A DNA stretch of 63,331 nt, filler included, from Octopus bimaculoides (taxonomy: Eukaryota), in NCBI RefSeq assembly GCF_001194135.2. It is 5 parts of 4 records of this genome, joined end to end, with 100 filler letters (N's around TTAATTAATTAA, not from the genome) between each part and the next. Parts side by side here need not be neighbours in the genome. Positions count along the whole stretch, not along the records: positions 1 to 25,668 come from NC_068996.1; 4 more parts are not named here. One strand, 5' to 3'. Below are positions 1 through 13,899 of this stretch, piece by piece. The stretch's first letter is position 1; every line of letters starts with the position of its first letter. The notes below the pieces were generated by a model. That model did not search any database and had not been told where the DNA came from. It saw nothing but the letters and a program-made list of their open reading frames with translations. A program made the position numbers and the translations under genes.

Positions 1-41
<41 letters not shown>

Positions 42-133
42 ATATGTTCCCTTATTGACCACACAGGGCTGAACACAGAGGGGACAAAGTATAAAGTAGT
101 GATTTTCTTTTGGGGGGAGGAAAGAGAAAAAAT

Positions 134-170
<37 letters not shown>

Positions 171-192
171 TAGATAGTTAGATAGAAAGATA
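1..192. repeat. (AG)n plus (GACA)n/(GATA)n microsatellites
   Basis: (AG)n at 1-38 and GACA/GATA tetramers at about 136-192, read directly. Confidence 0.95.
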
Positions 193-639
193 GATATACA
201 TATATGAAGAGAGATGAAACCGATCGGAAAGCTTTTCTTCTTTTTCCTTTTAGACGAATGTGATGGAGAGTTATAAATACAAAGATAGTAGTGATAGACA
301 AAGAGAGTGAAAGAAGCGGTTATGATGATGGTGGCGGCTGGTTTAAGTTTTTGTTACGTTTGTCAGATTTCCAGTGTCTCCAGCATCTCAACAACTGTCA
401 GAGAAGCTGGAAATTTCAACATGGAATACCAATCGCTTCTTATGACGGCAATTGTTCACGCAAAAATCTTACGATTGTTGTCAAAAATGTTTAGCAATGA
501 TCGAAAGCATGATGTATGCTACAAGACCATACTCTGTTTCTAATGATGGACGAGGTTTTATATACATACATATACATACATATACATACATATACATACA
601 TATACATACAAATACGCACACACAATCCACAACGTTACA

Positions 640-1900
640 GCGGCAAACCCCGCTTTTCCAGCCATCTTATTGTTCTCTTTGAGATAAAGCAGAAAGGTCT
701 CGCTCTAGCACGTCCTTTTGACCTCATCGATCTACATAATGCTAATTGGATCCCTCACTCGTTGACTGGTCTTTCACAAATTCTTCAACACCAAGCAGGA
801 TCAACGCATCCAGGCAACTGTTTATGGACATTATCACTGATATATATATATTCACACCCTCACTCGCCGGCAGTCCATGAGCAAAACTAAACAAGGGCTC
901 CAGGTATCAGAGGAGTACTTATAAGAAAAATAAAGAAGATTAATCGAAAAATTTACGATATAGCTAGCTGCAACACCCATTGTTCAAAGTTATAGCTGTA
1001 CTGAAAACAAAAAAACCTTATCTTCATAACTTGATAAAGTCTATCATTGACTGTCAAAGAACGGCACAAGAAAAGAAGGTTATTGAGAAAATAAAAGTCA
1101 ACTCCAAAAGTGTTCTCATTCTTCAAAAAAATCATAAGGTAACTGTTTTCTGTTTCACCTCTAATAGATAAAGAAGACGAACAATCTAATGGCTCAGAAG
1201 ATATAGTGGAAATTCTGCTGCACTTTCAGCAATCCCAATTTGATTAATCCTGACAGTACTGGTGAAAAAATCCCTAGCACACCCTATCCGATATATCATT
1301 TCACGTGTGGGGTATCATAGCAGCCATATATATAATTACAAACAACTCAGTTGCAAGCCTTGGCGGGTTCCCTCTTAGAGTTCTGAAGGAGTGCCATCTT
1401 CAACTAGCATTTCTTTAAGCTATTTTTTAGAGGAAAGCAACACAGGCTGGCTATATATCCAATATATTGGACCAGTTTACAAAAAGAGCAACAAATCGCT
1501 TGTAGTGAGTTACTGACAGGTCTCACCTATCTCACATATCAAATTATTTGAGAGAGTGTTGAGATCTCAAGTAATTCACTTCCTGGAGAGTAACAACCTA
1601 CTTATTTTGAACCAGTATCGTTTCCGCAGTGACAGGGATTGCCTATTACAGCTCCTGCACGAGCGCTGTATCATTTTTATGATGTGGAAAATATTCTAAC
1701 AGCATTACTCAAATGGTGTTGGGATCAACTTCACAATTCATCCAAGGTTTGGTCCCCGTGTCATCCGCCCTTTACAAAGATTGTGCTCGGGTCACATCAC
1801 GACACTAAGATAGAACTATTTCATCTCAACTGACCTTGCTCTTTTTAACATAATGCCAAGACCCATAAGAGAAGAAAAAGGATTTCATTATCATTTTCGC
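640..1900 (+). mobile_element. Degenerate non-LTR retrotransposon ORF2 remnant (CR1/L2/Jockey group)
   Basis: Broken frames give EKKVIEKIKVNSK, PLIDKEDEQSNGSEDIVEIL, GFPLRVLKEC and LFERVLRSQVIHFLESNNLLILNQYRFRSDRDCLLQLL, matching the RT N-terminal SLTSH..K.FERV...NQHGFR..RSCLTQLL motif. Many stops and frameshifts. Confidence 0.75.
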
Positions 1901-2169
1901 ACATAAACTCATAATCGTATATATGTCTGCAATCAATAACTCTTTACTCGAAAGGGCTATGGCGCCCAAAGAATGGCGGTAATACGAAACATCATGAGAT
2001 GTTTCCCAGAAATGCTGTTAAGTTAGTTAGGATTGGTTTCGGCCTATTCTGGACGAAACCTTTTTTGAGAATTGTAAGTATTCTAAACGCGCGTGCGTGT
2101 ATATGTATATTTTGGCCAGTCATCACAATGTAATACAGAGTAATAAAAGAATAAAAAAATAAAGCTCTT

Positions 2170-2400
2170 TCTCGATTCATCATACAAACTCATAGGGCTG
2201 TTTTCCTGGTTACTATGGCGTGTATAATCCCCACAAGTCCGTCGCAGGATTACTCTTTCCTGCCCCGCTGAGTGAACTGGAATAACGTAAAATGGTGCGC
2301 TTTGTTGAAGAACATAAAGCATCGCCCGGTCCAGGAACTGAAAACACGATCAGACGTTCATGAATCCAACACCCCAGCTACTAAGCCACGCGTCTCCACA
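2170..2400 (-). mobile_element. tRNA-derived SINE (family A)
   Basis: Minus strand begins GGAGACGCGTGGCTTAGTAG (A-box-like), then TTCAGTTCCTGGACCGGGCGATG (B-box-like). Related copy at 33865-34025. Confidence 0.75.
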
Positions 2401-2920
2401 CACACTTATAGGCACAAATTCATCTATGCAGGTGACTGCATTTGTGTGTGAGTTTAAGTGTGTCATTGCTCAGATCTCAACTTTTTCCTTCCATTTCTTT
2501 TCATCAAAACATTATTCTGTACTTGGTCACTATGTGTGTGTATGTGTATATATAAATATATATATATATATGTATGTATATNNNNNNNNNNNNNNNNNNN
2601 NNNNNNNNNNNNNNNNNNNNNNNNNNNNNNNNNNNNNNNNNNNNNNNNNNNNNNNNNNNNNNNNNNNNNNNNNNNNNNNNNNNNNNNNNNNNNNNNNNNN
2701 NNNNNNNNNNNNNNNNNNNNNNNNNNNNNNNNNNNNNNNNNNNNNNNNNNNNNNNNNNNNNNNNNNNNNNNNNNNNNNNNNNNNNNNNNNNNNNNNNNNN
2801 NNNNNNNNNNNNNNNNNNNNNNNNNNNNNNNNNNNNNNNNNNNNNNNNNNNNNNNNNNNNNNNNNNNNNNNNNNNNNNNNNNNNNNNNNNNNNNNNNNNN
2901 NNNNNNNNNNNNNNNNNNNN

Positions 2921-2967
<47 letters not shown>

Positions 2968-4249
2968 TATATGTACGTATATGAAAGTGTCTGTGCGTAT
3001 TTGTATGTACGTGTTACAGTTCTCCAGCTGTTTCCATTTCTTTCGCAATAAACCTAATTCTGTACTTCTCCGCACAGTACAACCACACATACACATCAAT
3101 GAAGTGGACCTTATTCAGCTGCTCTTTCAAAAGAACTTCTATTGTCTTTAAACAATAAAAACAATATCCGCAAATTCGGCGCTACAAAAAAAGGAAAAAA
3201 AATGACTATAAAAATAAATAGATAAATAAATAAAAAAACAAAAACAAAGGTAAAAGAGAACGAGATGGTGAAGGTTACAAGACGAAATGGAAGATATTGT
3301 ACATACAACTCTTTCTGCTATATTTCCGATGCCTAACAGAAACCGTCATTAGCCTGTCAACTCTCGTAAGTATCTTAACTGACAAGCCAAAGAGAGAGAA
3401 GCTACATTTATAACAGAATATGTATGAAAAAGTAACCAAATCTCTTTCATAGCACATCACACCGTATTAGAATATGGCTGAGGGGATGATATGGTACAAG
3501 CTGTAACGTATCCGGAGGCAAAAAGAAATAAATGGAACGTCTGAATGGTCGCGAAAGGAATGCCTTTTGATTATACCTTTGTCTGATTAGTGCATGTCTA
3601 AGGTTAAAGAACATCATCATCAACGATAACACCACAACAACAACAGCAGCAACAACAATTGTCATTCTTGACACGGCTCAGTTATTATGAGAATAACACA
3701 GAATTCCTGGCTAAATTTAGCTTAGCAACTATTTCAGGGCTAACTTTAATTTAGCAATTACATTTTTTATTATTCATTTATTAGCATTAATGAATAGCAA
3801 CATTGCATAGTGTCAGTCAGATCACCATTTGTTCACTATATTTATGTTTGTGAAACGTGTGTCTGTTGTAACTTGGTAGAGTCATTCTGTCAAAACGTAT
3901 GCACTGTTTATATTTCGCATAATTTATTTTATTCTTTTTATTCTTTTACTTTTAATTCAATTTTATTCTTTTCTTCGATTATTTTTATTAAAGTCTTCCG
4001 AATTTAAGCAACCGATTGTTTGATCAAGTAAACGATTAGTTAATAAGTTAATTGATTAATTGTTTAACTAGAACATTGCTAATTATAATAATGACAACAG
4101 AAGCGAAATACGAGGATTGCATGTGATTTTATTTGTTTCAAATCATAGTATTTCACATGAAAAAAGTTGAAAAAAAAGTCATACAAAAAACGATATGTAT
4201 AGGCGAAAATACACACATACATACATACATACATACATATATACATACT

Positions 4250-4350
<101 letters not shown>

Positions 4351-4494
4351 TATACATGTATATCTTTGTGTACACAAATGTTCACACACATACTCATATA
4401 TATGCACATATATATTTACATATATACATCTATATATGTATTTCTGTAAATTAACATAACGGCTAAGTTTCATGCGTGACATTCATCAGACTTA

Positions 4495-4665
4495 ACAAGT
4501 TTGGTAGGCCAGTCGATTACATCGATCCTCTTGCTTCAATGGTACTTAATTTATCGATCCCGAAGGCATGAACGATAAAGTCGACCTAGCCCAAAAAGTA
4601 AAGCCGGACGACCAGCCGTAAAGCATTTTGTTCGAAGCTCTAATGATTTTGTTAGCTAGCCACCT
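4495..4665 (-). mobile_element. SINE family B, degenerate
   Basis: AGTCGATTACATCGA...GGTACTTAATTTATCGATCCCGAAGG...AAAGTCGACCT matches the reverse of the 16358 copy. Confidence 0.7.
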
Positions 4666-4759
4666 TTTTGACGAATAAGAATAATCGTTTCAACTACAGG
4701 ATTCCATTGACCAAAGTGCTCAATTTTTACTTAACTTACAGATCTCGAAAGGTTCAAAG

Positions 4760-4940
4760 GCAAAGGGCATGCTGCAGCACTGCCTTTAAGCATTTTTAGT
4801 CAAATGAATCAGTCTCAGTACTTTTTTTTAAAGCTTGATACTTATTATTTCAGTCTCTTTTGCTGAACCGCTAGATTACGGGGACGTAAACACACCAACA
4901 CTGGTTGTAAAGTAGTGGATTGGAAGACAAAGACACAAAG
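4760..4940 (-). mobile_element. SINE 3' module (D)
   Basis: GCTGAACCGCTAGATTACGGGGACGTAAACACACCAACACTGGTTGT matches the reverse of the copies at 11810 and 58600. Confidence 0.7.
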
Positions 4941-6322
4941 AACGTAAAGATGAGGGAAAGACCGCAAAGCATTTTGTGCTAATCATTTTACCAAAAAATA
5001 ATTTAAAAAAATAAATATCAACTCATATCTTGATTCATATTTGTCATACCTGTTCTATCAAACTTATATACGTGCGCGCACACGCACACACAGGCACACA
5101 CATACTCACATACATACACACACATATATACGGGCGTGTATGTGTGTGTGTATGCATAGAGGACATAGGTGTGTATGTACGCATAATAGTTGAATGGCGA
5201 AATTCTATGTCACACAACCAGCCGCCATCTCCGAACGAGAACAGCGATCGATAATTGAAGTCTTGCTTAGTCACAAGTAAATTTATTATTCAATTTACAC
5301 ATATTGCGAATATCCAAGCAATATCCGATCGGAAAATATATTTATTTATTTATTATCAATCTCTTTCAGTCTGTCTGTCTGGCTGTCTGACTCTCTCTCT
5401 TTGTATGCATACATACATATATACATATATACATACATATATATATATTGTTTTACACAGGTTTTTCATGGTATTTTCATTTCACGCTATTATCAATCGA
5501 CCTAGGATGTTCTTAATGATATTTGTGGTGATAGAGAAGAGTAGCAGAATCCGGTAGAATATTCGCTGCTCATAAAACGTAGAACGTTCAATTGTCATCA
5601 TTGTTCTTTAGCCTGGTGGTTGATCACTGTGAAACATCAAATCGTTAGGTTATCTACGTGTGTATCGTAAAAGCAAGATAACATTCCCAATGAATTCTTT
5701 TGTGAGATTATTTATAGGCTGCAGGTTAAACCCATCACCAATCGGCGAAAAATTCCATCACATGCTACACAGACAGATACACAAATACGTACGCATACAT
5801 ACAACACGCACACATATTCAAATATACATACATAGGTGTATATATATATGTATGTATGTATGTATATGTATATATATATGTATATATATGTGTGTNNNNN
5901 NNNNNNNNNNNNNNNNNNNNNNNNNNNNNNNNNNNNNNNNNNNNNNNNNNNNNNNNNNNNNNNNNNNNNNNNNNNNNNNNNNNNNNNNNNNNNNNNNNNN
6001 NNNNNNNNNNNNNNNNNNNNNNNNNNNNNNNNNNNNNNNNNNNNNNNNNNNNNNNNNNNNNNNNNNNNNNNNNNNNNNNNNNNNNNNNNNNNNNNNNNNN
6101 NNNNNNNNNNNNNNNNNNNNNNNNNNNNNNNNNNNNNNNNNNNNNNNNNNNNNNNNNNNNNNNNNNNNNNNNNNNNNNNNNNNNNNNNNNNNTATATAGA
6201 TATATATATATATATCCATATCTATCTATTTATATATATGTATGCATACATGTTTAAGATATATGTATATATAAGTATGTATACATGTTTGAGATATATA
6301 TATATGTATATATATGTGTGTG

Positions 6323-6372
<50 letters not shown>

Positions 6373-7727
6373 TGTGCGTGTGTGTGTGTGTACATTCGCA
6401 CAGATGTTTATGCACACACACATGCACACACATCAAAACACAGATGCATACGTATATATCGTGTGTTTATGTGTGTGTGCGTGTGTGTGAATAGCTACGT
6501 ATCTATGTAAGTATGTATGTATGTATGTATGTATGTGCGTATGTATGTTTGTAAGCCGAATTTTGTCCTCTGACCACTGAAAAGTTCTTCAAAAACAGAT
6601 TACCGTCACGCTAGCAGAATATGGTTTCTGGAATTAATTTACATACAGTTATCTTTGTTCTTTAGCATCTCATTTTTATAGGAAGATCTGAATTTCCCCA
6701 GGGGTGCTCCGGAGATCGCCACTTCCGAAACATAATGCACTTGTCTCACGTGATCGGCCGTACAGCGATCTGTCGTTTATACGAAAGGGACGGTCATATT
6801 GAATGTATGTGGCGCAATTAATCACACGATTCCACATACACATTCACAAACGCATGTACAAAACACAACCCCACCCCTCCATACACAAACATACACGCAC
6901 AAATACAACATGCGAATATACAGCAGGGAAGGCAAGTGTATTCATTCGTACACCAGAAATATGTTATATTCTGGACAATCGCACAGGTGAAAAAATTCAT
7001 AATTGACGAACATAGACACGCATATTGTGTGATATTACAGAAAGATATATATACACACATATATACATATATACATACAGACATACATACATACATATAA
7101 ATATATATATATATAATTATATACATATACATACATATATATATGTATGCATACATATGTACATATATATGTGTGTGTGCATATATATCTTTCATAGACA
7201 CATANNNNNNNNNNNNNNNNNNNNNNNNNNNNNGCACACATACATACATACTTACATACATACATACATACACACATACACATACCACAAATATATATAT
7301 ATATAATTATATACATATACATACATATATATATGTATGCATACATATGTACATATATATGTGTGTGTGCATATATATCTTTCATAGACACATAAACACA
7401 CACACACACACATCAATGCCTATATGTATTCCGTTATGTTTTATGCATGTAAAATATATACATATGTAAAAGCATGTATAAGCCTCGTGTCCAATTAATC
7501 TCCTATGCAATCACACACGTATGGCTACGTATACGAACATACACTGACGCACACAGACTCACAGGTAGTTATAGGATATAATAAATAAACATCTGTGGAG
7601 AAAGTCTTTGTACTTCATAAGACGGAGTATTTCATATATTTGACATTAATATAATGGTAATTTCATTGCTAGAGTAATTTTTCAGCAGATAGCATTTCAT
7701 AAAGGAAAGCAACTGAGGTATGCTTCT

Positions 7728-7730
<3 letters not shown>

Positions 7731-7811
<81 letters not shown>

Positions 7812-7826
7812 TACAATAATAATAAT
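7731..7826. repeat. (TAA)n microsatellite
   Basis: Long pure AAT run. A (TG)n tract follows at about 7935-8025. Confidence 0.95.
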
Positions 7827-7929
7827 ATACTGAGGGAGAAACACACACACATTTGTAGATGTAATTATGTATATATGTATATCGGTTGACATATACATAT
7901 ACTATCTATCTACATTTCAATATGTATAT

Positions 7930-8027
<98 letters not shown>

Positions 8028-8049
8028 ATCTGTCTGTCTACCCCCATTC

Positions 8050-8760
8050 TCACTTAACTTAAGCTAAATCCTCCTTTAAAATACTAGACACTAACTTCCC
8101 TCGTCAACATAAATATCATTCTCTCTTTAATAGATCCACCCTGAACTATCTTATTCTGCCCCACCCAACTTCGAATCTATTGTAGCAGCCTCTAATAAGC
8201 AAAAGCTTTCTCTTTACTACCAAAACTCGCATAATTACAACTCTAGCCATACGAAAACTCAACACACACACAGCACCCTTACATTAGTCCACCATCACCA
8301 CAACCTAACCCATCCTACTGACACTACCCGAAACACCACCACAATATCTATCACTCTTACAAATACGACATCTAATAACCACAATGGTAATAACAACAAT
8401 GATGGTAATGATAACGTTAATAATACTAATGATCTAGAATCGTCTACCTGCTTCTCTAACCTCTCCTCTGACAATATTACCTCCTCTATTCATGAGCACA
8501 GTCCCCAAAACTTACCTAATTGTAATTGCCGTCCTGGAACCATCTGCCCGTTACAAACCTATTGCAGACGATATAATGTAATTTATAAATGCACTGTCCT
8601 TAATCTATTACACAACTCTACAGCCATATACATAGGATTTACCACAAATCCAAATGCCTAAATGACCATACAGTACATTTCAACAATACCCCTTAGGTAA
8701 TCCCAATAACCTTAAAAATATACATTTTAACTCCTAATCCATATCTAATTCCTCTTTCAT
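8050..8760 (+). mobile_element. Penelope-like element, GIY-YIG endonuclease region (degenerate)
   Basis: KHKYHSLFNRSTL...SYSAPPNFESIVAASNKQK, then PNCNCRPGTICPLQTYCRRYNVIYKCTVLNLLHNSTAIYIGFTTN (CxC..CP, VIY-YIG). Confidence 0.8.
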
Positions 8761-9019
8761 ACTAGATTATCACAACCATTTAATTATATTCGTATGTATA
8801 TGCGTGCATACATATATGCGCGCGCGCGCGTGTTTGGTTGTATGCAAGGTATATATACCTGCTTGTGCAGGGGCGATAATACATAGAGATACACGTATGT
8901 ATGGGTGTGCGTGTGCGCATATGCAAGTGAGTGCGTGTTATGTGCGTGGGTGCTGATATGTATAAGTGTATATATACATGTTTAATATGGGCAGGTGTAT
9001 GCATCTTCACATATATATT

Positions 9020-9700
9020 TTCTTCTACTGCCAAGCACTGGCCTGTCCAACCAACCTAACCTATACTACCAAATTCTTCCTTCCACCATTTTACTACGCC
9101 TACCCCATTTCTCTGCCCCTCACTTAGACTCTATCACTATGTACCTAACACTCCCTTACTCTTTACACTATTATACCTCTCTCTCTATCACCCATCACCC
9201 CCCATTCCTTCTATCTAACACTCCTTTACTCTTTACTCTATCATCCTTTTTCAGAATGAGATAAAAATCCAAGGCTGTGAAAGATTTTAGAACATTTATA
9301 AATAGAAGGTCTTACAGTTGTTTCCGGGATATTTTTATATGTCCCTTCATTGGAGACGGTGTGAGAAAATGGTTAAGCAATAGTTATTTTAGATAAGAAA
9401 TGGAGAGTGAAGTAGAGGAATGAAAATAAATATGAGATATGCAGGGATATTGCATCCGTAGATCCATTTTTTAGGCAGAATGATATACATAAAAGATACC
9501 AATATCTTGTGAGTAAGTTCCAATAGTCATTCCAAGTATAGAGTTTCTACACAGTGTTGTTGAATGGGGGGTTTTCTTTAAAGTGACCTAAAGGTAGGGA
9601 ATGTATTTGTAAGGTTAAATAGAAAACAGGAAGAGAGGAATAAAGAAAAGAAAAAAGTAAAAAGAAAAAAGGAAGAAAAGCGGGGAGAGAAATGATAAGG
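9020..9700. mobile_element. Penelope-associated flank: + continuation (9020-9260) and inverted pLTR-like segment (9270-9700, minus)
   Basis: Same C/T-rich composition as the upstream PLE, an abrupt switch in strand skew at about 9265, and a hammerhead-like motif. Confidence 0.5.
9308..9357 (-). ncRNA. Degenerate minimal type I hammerhead ribozyme motif
   Basis: GTCT-CCAATGA-A-GGGACAT ATAAAA ATATCCC-G-GAAAC-AACT-GTA-AGAC. Stem I is GTCT/AGAC and stem II is present, but the CUGAUGA core is mutated. Confidence 0.5.
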
Positions 9701-11263
9701 AGATGAAGAAAGGGAAAGTGTACTGGTTAGTGGTCAGTCAAGATAAATTGATAGTAGGAATGGGGAGGTGAGGGTGATAGAGAGAGAAAGATATGAGTGT
9801 GTAAAAATCTCAGCGAATATAAATACATTGAATATGGTTCGTATGTCGAGTTATCTCTCTTTTCCGTTTGTAAAACCAACGTATACTGATGCACACAAAG
9901 AAATACACACATACAGAAAAAAAGATGCAACACACACGCACATACATACACTCACACACACACAAACACGCATGCACGCGCGCACGCACACACACTCTCT
10001 CTCTCTCTCTCAACCTCCTCACACGTAAGTGTCCGTAATTATGTGTTATCCGAGATTACTCTGACCAATACTGATTGCCACCTGAAAGAGAGATTAGGAA
10101 GAAAAAGAAGGAGGATGAAATATTGCAACTGAATAAATTAAGAGAAGTTTAATGAAGTTAAAGGCAATTAATAACTACACAAGACAGGTTGAAATATTTT
10201 AAAATTGTTTTTTTTAAAGAAATCCCCTCAAACTGTCTAAAGAAACAATTGCTTAGTTAAAAATGCTTTAAACGCTTTCAAGCTTAATGAAATTCGTGAT
10301 AGACCAATAAAAAACATAACCGAGTACAATCATTTATATAACGAAACCGTTGCCGATTGAAACGCAGACTTTCTTAATTTCCTCTTGTAATGAACGTGTT
10401 GGAAGAAACCCAGCAAGACAAAAAACCTGGCATTGACTGAAGATGAATGGTAGGGTGAAAGTCGTAGAAATACAGGATATGTGAACGTGTGCGCTGTGCG
10501 GTCACTTTTGGAATAACGAAACGTTTAATTGATATCAGGCCATATTTTTGATACATATTCAGAAGAAACGGCAGTGTCGGAAAAGTAGTCTCAATCGGGA
10601 TCAAATTGATAGCGACCATGTTATTGCTAAACTTACCTTTACGTATGTGTGTGTGCTTGTATACACACACACACACACACACACNNNNNNNNNNNNNNNN
10701 NNNNNNNNNNNNNNNNNNNNNNNNNNNNNNNNNNNNNNNNNNNNNNNNNNNNNNNNNNNNNNNNNNNNNNNNNNNNNNNNNNNNNNNNNNNNNNNNNNNN
10801 NNNNNNNNNNNNNNNNNNNNNNNNNNNNNNNNNNNNNNNNNNNNNNNNNNNNNNNNNNNNNNNNNNNNNNNNNNNNNNNNNNNNNNNNNNNNNNNNNNNN
10901 NNNNNNNNNNNNNNNNNNNNNNNNNNNNNNNNNNNNNNNNNNNNNNNNNNNNNNNNNNNNNNNNNNNNNNNNNNNNNNNNNNNNNNNNNNNNNNNNNNNN
11001 NNNNNNNNNNNNNNNNNNNNNNNNNNNNNNNNNNNNNNNNNNNNNNNNNNNNNNNNNNNNNNNNNNNNNNNNNNNNNNNNNNNNNNNNNNNNNNNNNNNN
11101 NNNNNNNNNNNNNNNNNNNNNNNNNNNNNNNNNNNNNNNNNNNNNNNNNNNNNNNNNNNNNNNNNNNNNNNNNNNNNNNNNNNNNNNNNNNNNNNNNNNN
11201 NNNNNNNNNNNNNNNNNNNNNNNNNNNNNNNNNNNNNNNNNNNNNNNNNNNNNNNNNNNNNNN

Positions 11264-11343
11264 CGCAGTGGGAATGAACCCGGTACCATGTGGTTGGTAA
11301 GCAAGCTACTTACTACTTACGACACAGCCACTCCTGCGCCTAT
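11264..11343 (-). mobile_element. SINE family C head, cut by gap
   Basis: Reverse of GGAGTGGCTGTGT...AAGTAGCTTGCTTACCAACCACATGGTACCGGGTTCATTCCCACTGCG. Confidence 0.8.
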
Positions 11344-11540
11344 ATATATGTATATACATATATTATTGCAAATTTGGTACTGTTTACATTGCATTCGTAA
11401 AGTGTAAAATAGTAAATGTCCTGATAACCTGCGATACTTATTATTACCTCAGATTTCATATATGTATGTATGTATACATACAAGTGTACTACAACAGCAC
11501 CTGCATCGCTAAAAGTAGAAGTCAAAATACTTCTAAGTCA

Positions 11541-11694
11541 TTGTGTATACTGTAAGTAGCTCTCGCTTACCAACCACGTAGTTCCGGGTTCAGCCCCACT
11601 GCGTGGCACCATGGGCAAGTGTTTTCTGCTATATCCTCGGACCGACCAAAGCCTTGTTAGTAGATTTGGTAGGCGGAAACTAAAAGAAGCCCGT

Positions 11695-11738
<44 letters not shown>

Positions 11739-11748
11739 NNNNNNNNNN

Positions 11749-11793
<45 letters not shown>

Positions 11794-12006
11794 CGTGCGT
11801 GTATGTGTGCGTGTGTCCAGCATCGCTTCACAACCGATGCTGGTAAGTTTACGTTCCCGTAAATTAGCGGTTCGGTAAAAAGAGACCGATAAAATAAGCG
11901 CTAGGCTTACAAAGAATAAGTCCTGGGGTCAATTTGCTCGACTAAAAGGTGGTACCCCAGCAAGGACGCAGTCAAATGACTGAAAGAAATGAAAAAATAA
12001 AAGAAT
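11541..12006 (+). mobile_element. Composite SINE: C head + (TG)n + D module
   Basis: tRNA-like head GTTCCGGGTTCAGCCCCACTGCGTGGCACC, internal (TG)n, then ACAACCGATGCTGG...GTCAAATGACTGAAA and an A-rich tail. Confidence 0.85.
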
Positions 12007-12589
12007 ATACACACACACACATACACACACACACACATACACATGTATCAGTTAATAAAGACAGGATTTGAAACTGAGCTAGAAGGCTTCGTGCTCCAAC
12101 ATTATAGTTGTCGGGCTAACCAGCATAGCATCTGTGCATATACAATCTTTTAGGTTTCAAATTGAAAATGTCTGCTCTCTGACTGAAAGCAAGGAAGAAC
12201 GAAAAAGAACGAGAAATAAAGAAGAAAATACGAGAAAATGAAAAGAACGAGAAAAGGCTGCTTAAAGAAAATTGAGAATAGACTGCCGTTCCTTTCGAAT
12301 GATAGAATAAATCTGAAAGATTGCGGGGTAGTACACAGCATGCTATAGTCAAAACGTGGAATTTATCATAGCTCACGTATAAAGCCTTCGCTCATTAAAT
12401 TACATTGATCTCTCGAGTATTCTGATCCTACTATACACGGAACGATACAATACTCATATACAAGGTATATTCCAGAAGCTTCGAGGCTCTTTCAATAGAG
12501 ATATCTATTAACTTTAAACAAGTAGCTGACTTCAAAGCACTTCTTTTAGCACTCCAGCTACTATGTAAAAGTCTTACAAAGTGATGGTG

Positions 12590-12880
12590 ACGATTACACT
12601 TATCTCAGCCACCTTCATCTCCTCGGGGAACAGCTAACAGTCACAGAGAGCAAGGCCTAGACTGTAGGAAGGGTGAGGGACAATTGTGATATCTACCTCC
12701 GTGAAATAATTGGTTAGCAGAATGGAACTGTAGACGGGGACATTGTTCTGGTCCACGTGCTCTGGCCTTTTGCGACGAAATCTTATTCTGAACTCCCTCA
12801 AAGAGTACAGAGTACTGTTTGTTGACCGTCTGTCCAAAGGGAACCCAGTGGATTTAAATGACACCCTTGCTTTCTAAAAA
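12590..12880 (-). mobile_element. mariner transposase C-terminal fragment
   Basis: LREFRIRFRRKRPE...TIVPHPSYSLGLALCD, equivalent to PHPPYSPDLAPCD. Confidence 0.8.
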
Positions 12881-13367
12881 GTAAATCAGCATGGGTCTCC
12901 CGGTGGACTTTCTTTGCCTGGTTTCTAATTCCAGCAGAAGAAAAAGATGCTCGGCTCATACAATTAATCTATTAGTAAAGTGAAGCATTTAATAAGTTTC
13001 TGTTGCATTTTCGCTCGGTTTAACAAAAAAGGATTTTTACATGGCTAGCTTTCGTGATGTTTTTGCGTACCGAATGCATTCTGAAAACTAGTGTGTTTTC
13101 AGGGTGTGCTATAGCCGTTTCTTTCAATCTGGAATATGAAAGTTGGCAGGTCATCCTATTAGATGTATTGAAAAAATATATAAAAAAATTACAATAATCT
13201 ACGATAGTTATAACTACTTCTCTTAAAAAGCGTCTCAGAACATTTCGAATACAAGTCGTATATGTGTGCGCGCGTTTGTGCATGTGTGGGTGTATGTGTG
13301 TGTGCTTCAAGAAATACGTCAAGGAGTGGTTATACTCGAGAACGAGGAAACGACCATCACACACTCA

Positions 13368-13400
<33 letters not shown>

Positions 13401-13567
13401 ATGAATGCATGTATGTATGTATGGATGGATGGATGAATGTATGTATGCATGCATGCATGTTTGTATTATGTGTGTTTATGTATGTGTGTATGTACATACG
13501 TACATGTATGTATGTATGTATGTACGTATGTACGGATGGATGGATTGACGGATGTATGCATGTATGT

Positions 13568-13804
13568 ATCGGTTGTCAAGCGATGTTGGAGGGGACAAAG
13601 ACAGACACACAAATATACATACATATATATATATATGCATATACATATATACGACGGGCTTCTTTCAGTTTCCGTCTACCAAATCCACTCACAAGGCTTT
13701 GGTCGACCCGAGGCTATAGTAGAAGACACTTGCCCAAGGTGCCACGCAGTGGGACTGAACCCGGAACCATGTGGTTGGTAAGCAAGCTACTTACCACACT
13801 GCCA
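13568..13804 (-). mobile_element. SINE family C with start of D module
   Basis: CGACGGGCTTCTTTCAGTTTCCGTCTACCAAATCC...GGGACTGAACCCGGAACCATGTGGTTGGTAAGCAAGCTACTTACCACAC. Confidence 0.88.
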
Positions 13805-13899
13805 TGTATGTATTTATGTATGGATGGATGGATGGACGTATGTATGTATGTATGTATGTATGTATATATGTATGTTTGTGTATGTCTTTTATTTTTTAA

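Noticed and set aside
291-543. Host exon in the ORFs at 291-543
   Set aside because: No recognisable domain in any frame and no convincing donor site.
6550-6800. Second RLE-LINE 3' end related to 13900-14180
   Set aside because: Only a short GGACGG.C.CATATT resemblance was found, too weak to support.
7099-7394. Tandem duplications flanking tiny gaps (also 17907-18255)
   Set aside because: Near-identical low-complexity copies either side of short N runs are most likely unmerged contig overlaps.
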